Assembly: GCA_043228905.1 (NCBI GenBank)
Contig: JBHGNT010000011.1
Location: 11,346,001 to 11,410,000, forward strand
Direction: 5' to 3'
DNA from: Azolla caroliniana
Taxonomy: Eukaryota > Plantae > Polypodiophyta
DNA: 64,000 bases
Shown: one piece after another, positions 60,261-64,000 of the stretch
Layout of the letters: each line of letters starts with the position of its first letter
Numbering within the stretch: position 1 is the stretch's first letter
Program-made: the position numbers and the translations under genes
The notes under the pieces: model-generated
Databases searched by the model: none
Told to the model about the DNA's origin: nothing
Seen by the model: the letters and a program-made list of their open reading frames with translations, nothing else

Positions 60261-63200
60261 TGTTGCATTGTTACGCGCGTGCGTGGAGAAAGGCGGGACC
60301 ACGGGGGTCTCGGACTAGGGAGCGACGGAGCGTAGGAAGCCGCACTTCACCGTTTCTGGGGCACCCCTGAAACGCACTAGAAGTAGCCGAAGGGAGAGAG
60401 GGAGTGAGAGAGCGTGCTTGACACCGACTCACGCACGCACACACACACACGCGCGCGCACTCTTGTACAGGAACGCAGGGAAGGAGGGGAGCACCCAACA
60501 CCAACAAGACGCCAATATAGACAGACAGACGCAAACGTATATGTATATATATATATAAAGAATACACTCCCGGCTTCGAGCCGGACCAAGATAGTTTACA
60601 ACAGTCGTCTGCTGTCAAGCCGCCGTCGGGGAGCTCTCGGGCTCGTCGCGCCGAGCGGGGTCTTGCACAGGAGATAAGCTGCAGCCAACCCTAACCGAAC
60701 ACGAAGGGGAAGAAGAAGAAGCAGAAGAAGCAGAAGAAACCTAACCCTAAACCTACCGGTATACCCTCTAATCCAAAATGGGCAACCCTTTTTCAAAGGG
60801 CGTTCCCTCCCTTTTATAGAACAAGGAGAGGGATGTGTTACAATGTGGGACAAATCCCGACCTTCATGGGATCGTCTGTCCCGATTTGACTACTCTTCGG
60901 CTCCATAAAGGCGCCCTCGATATTCACACTAAATGTACATGGGTGTGTACACACGCTACACCCCGCCGATGTAGCCAATGTTTCCCGGTTTTCGCCTATG
61001 GCTGAAATTCTTCACGACATCCGCCCCCACCTAACTGCACGTCCACCGGTACATGCCAATCTGGTTGAAGGGTGAGAGATTTTGGCCGGTGAGAAACCGG
61101 TCTCCCGTGATCCGCATCTCGGCTCGCTGCCAGTTTGATCCGGCGGCTTCGAGTCTTCCTTCGTGCTCGCCTCCCCGTAGGCTCGTTCGACCCGTCGATA
61201 GGTCCTCTGCCGCGATCTCCGTAGCATGCGTTCTTCCGTTGGCCCTTGTTCAGCCTTATGAACGCCCCGCTTCCCGCCGTATGCCCGATGTCCTCCGCTA
61301 GAGGAATGCCCGTGGCAGCCCGCTTGGCTTCCGTTGTCGAATCGTGATGTCCCGATGGTGTTTCGCGTCGCCTTCGTCCTTCCGCCACCACCTTCCTTCT
61401 CTATGGTCTTACATCGCCGCGTCGGCTCGAACCGCCATGGTCTCCGGAACGGTGTGGAAGATCCCTTTTTGGCCTTCTCCGCGCTCGCCTTTCCGCTCTG
61501 GCACCTCCGTGTGCCACCTACCCTCGTCTGTTGTTTGGCACTGCCCATGTTGCACTCCTCGTCGGCCCCTTTTCGGCCTGATCGTGCATCGTTGTCCACC
61601 AGCATACCAGTGTCCTTTGCATCTGAGGAACCCCGTAGTAGCCCGCTTGGCCCTTCCCGTCTTCGTGCTGCTGCAACAGGTCCTAGGTCTTTCACTTGCC
61701 GTCGTCCCCTCGCCCCCACTAGCTTGTCACCCCGGTTTGCCGTGTCAGTCTTTGTTACTTCGACGGAGTTACCGAGATCTACGAAGCGAGTGTGGAGGAT
61801 CCTCCTCCGGCCTCTCTTGTCGTCCTGGTTCCGACCCTGTGCAGTCCACTAGGCACTTGTCACCTCGTCCCCAGCACCTCTCTTGTGCCGTCTTCTGCTT
61901 CCTTTGTTCGGCTCCGCCCGCACCGAACACCGTCTCGTAGTCACGTTTCGATCTGGCCCGAGATGGCCACTTGCGAGACTCTTGTTCCATCCAGGGTTTG
62001 CCTTTCCGACCTGACACACCTTCTCGCGTTCACCCCTACCGGCTCCTTCCGAAACCTCGTGTCATCGGGTCCCGTTCCCTGCCGCCACCGTCCTTCTCCC
62101 TCGGTCTCACGTTGCCACGTTGGCCGAACTGCCGAAGCCTCCGGATCGGTGTGAGGGTCCCATAGGACCGGACTCCGTTTCTTTGCCTGCCGAAAGTCGG
62201 GTGTCTTTTGTTTGAGTCCCTCCCGGACTCTCCTCGTGCCTTCCGCGTAGCCGGGTCCCGTTTCCCGCCGCCACCAACCTTCTCTCTCGGTCTCATGTTG
62301 CCGCGTTGGCCGAACTGCCGGAGTCTCTGGTTAAGTGTGGGATCCTGTAGGACCAGACTTCCTTATGCCCATTGTCTTCGTCACCTCGCCACCACCGTCA
62401 GTATCTTGGTCTTACGTCGACCGCATTGCCGACTGCCGAAGTCTCTAGAACCGGTGTGAAGGATCCTCCGTAGACCGCCCTTCCGTAGCCCTTGCCTTCG
62501 TCACCTCGCCACCACCGTCAGTATCTTGGTCTTACGTCGACCGCGTTGCCGACTGCCGAAGTCTCTAGAACCGGTGTGAAGGATCCTCCGTCAGCGTTCG
62601 TCGCCTCCCTGACCCTGTCCCGGGTCTGTCCTTTTCCGCATGCCAAGAGGGCGGTTTACTCCGCACCCTCTCCTGTGGTACCAACGTACCGTGTCCTCGG
62701 CCTCTTCGTAGGCCTGCTCTCTTCCTCCCTCCCAGAATGGTTATCCGGGAGTCCGATCCGCCCGGTTCTCGTCCGTAATCTCGACCTTCGCCCGGTCGGT
62801 CTTTCTCCCCATGTAAAAGAGGGCGGCTCGTCCCACACCCCCTTCCGTATCGGCACCTTTATGCCGAGTCCGGCCTCGATCGAACGATCCACGACCGGAT
62901 CACGCTCCAGCCGTATCGGAATGTTGATCGCCTCGTGCCGCGTCCACCCTCGGCCTCCTCGCAAGCCGTTTCCCATCCGTCTTCGCTGGCATCGTGCCAG
63001 GACTCCTCGGTACCGCTATCCATCTCCTCGGTCTGACATGGGCATACGGGCCCGAATGCCGAGTTCTCCGGAATCGGGTCCGTGGGCTTTCGTCCACTCC
63101 TTCCCCATATCGTCTCGTCGGTGATTCTTGGCCCTCCGCCGCCGCCTTCCTCCGCCCGGGACTCACGTGGGTACTCGGGCCCGACTGCCATCGTCTCGGG

Positions 63201-64000
63201 AGCAAGTGTGGGAAGACACAAAGAATCAGCCGTCCGTTTTACGCCCTTGTCAGTAGCCACCGACTCTTCGTGGTCGGCGGTTGTCTTCTTACCGATCGCG
63301 CAAGCCCCGTCTGGGCTTGCTTCTCCAATGACCGGGATCTCAGGCTGACACGCCCGAAACCGCTGGTCCCAATGTTCCGGTTCCGCGATCTGTATCTCGG
63401 CCTCGTCCTTGGCCATTCTATCTCCGCAAGTCAAGAGGGCGTTTCGTTCCGCACCCTCTCCCGTGGTACCGTCGTACACTTCTCTTTCGGCCTCCTCATC
63501 CTCCGATCGCCTCCGGCCCGACTCCATAATAAGCCCTTCTTCGGCTTCGATTTTCCCCCCTTCCTCGAGCATCGCTTTGAGCGCTGCGTACGCCTCCGCA
63601 ATCCGGGCCCCAACGCCGTCCCTTGCCGACTCTCCCTGCCGTTCGGCCTCTTCCCGCTGTGATGGCACGCCGTCGCGTACCTTCCTCTTTGCCTTCTCGG
63701 CTCGCTCGTTGTCTAGCCTTTGGCACACCCTTCCGACCCTCGACCAGTCCTCCGTAAGCCCATTCGCTCCATCATCGTCTTCGAGCTCAATCCCGATGGC
63801 TTCCCGTTCCGCTCGGTCGATCGACCTGACGAACAAAAGGACTTTTTCCACCCCCACCAAACCTTGTTCCCGCTCAGGGAGCCGAGCAAGTCGTCGCTCG
63901 AACTCCCGGAACGCCTTCGTCGCACCCCGGTGGGTCTTTGCCGATGCTACCCACTGGTCGAAGTGGTGTCGTCCCTGGCTCTTCCGCCGTCCTTCGTATG
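60261..64000 (-). mobile_element. Non-autonomous gag-only element E (B subfamily), 3' LTR 60261-61019, runs off the window
   Basis: The LTR and internal region are colinear with B in reverse. ORF 62859-63860 is homologous to ORF 32572-33954. Confidence 0.9.

Overview
Eukaryotic, almost certainly land-plant nuclear DNA. A seed-free lineage such as fern, lycophyte or bryophyte is inferred from the Tcn1 and tRNA-Trp-primed Gypsy lineages plus a plant-type ubiquitin-RPS27a. The window is almost entirely transposable elements. At 1-6.7 kb a young full-length Ty1/Copia sits inside the LTR of an older Copia. At 6.8-9.9 kb there is a hAT-like MITE > LINE > non-autonomous hAT nest, and the inner hAT carries a whole, now nonsense-mutated, ubiquitin-RPS27a CDS. 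The 10-13.6 kb stretch is AT-rich with probable PPR relics. From 13.6 to 64 kb there is one nest up to seven elements deep, built from Copia elements, a Tcn1 chromovirus and nine insertions of one tRNA-Trp-primed Ty3/Gypsy family (autonomous copies, gag-only non-autonomous copies, solo and partial LTRs). The main candidate for a new system is this Gypsy family. It makes 4-bp target duplications centred on CpG (ACGG x3, ACGT, GCGT, GCGC, GCGG), always inside other TEs. Its integrase is D,D(34)E and lacks the residue right after the D-x-G motif that contacts target DNA in retroviral integrases. It also has a G_GAU_UUU -1 frameshift site after the protease, a D-H-G protease motif and a conserved pre-PPT hairpin. 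The Tcn1 element shows a Tf1-like self-priming PBS and a heat-shock-element array in its LTR. No intact host gene is evident. All coordinates were read by eye and no database search was run.
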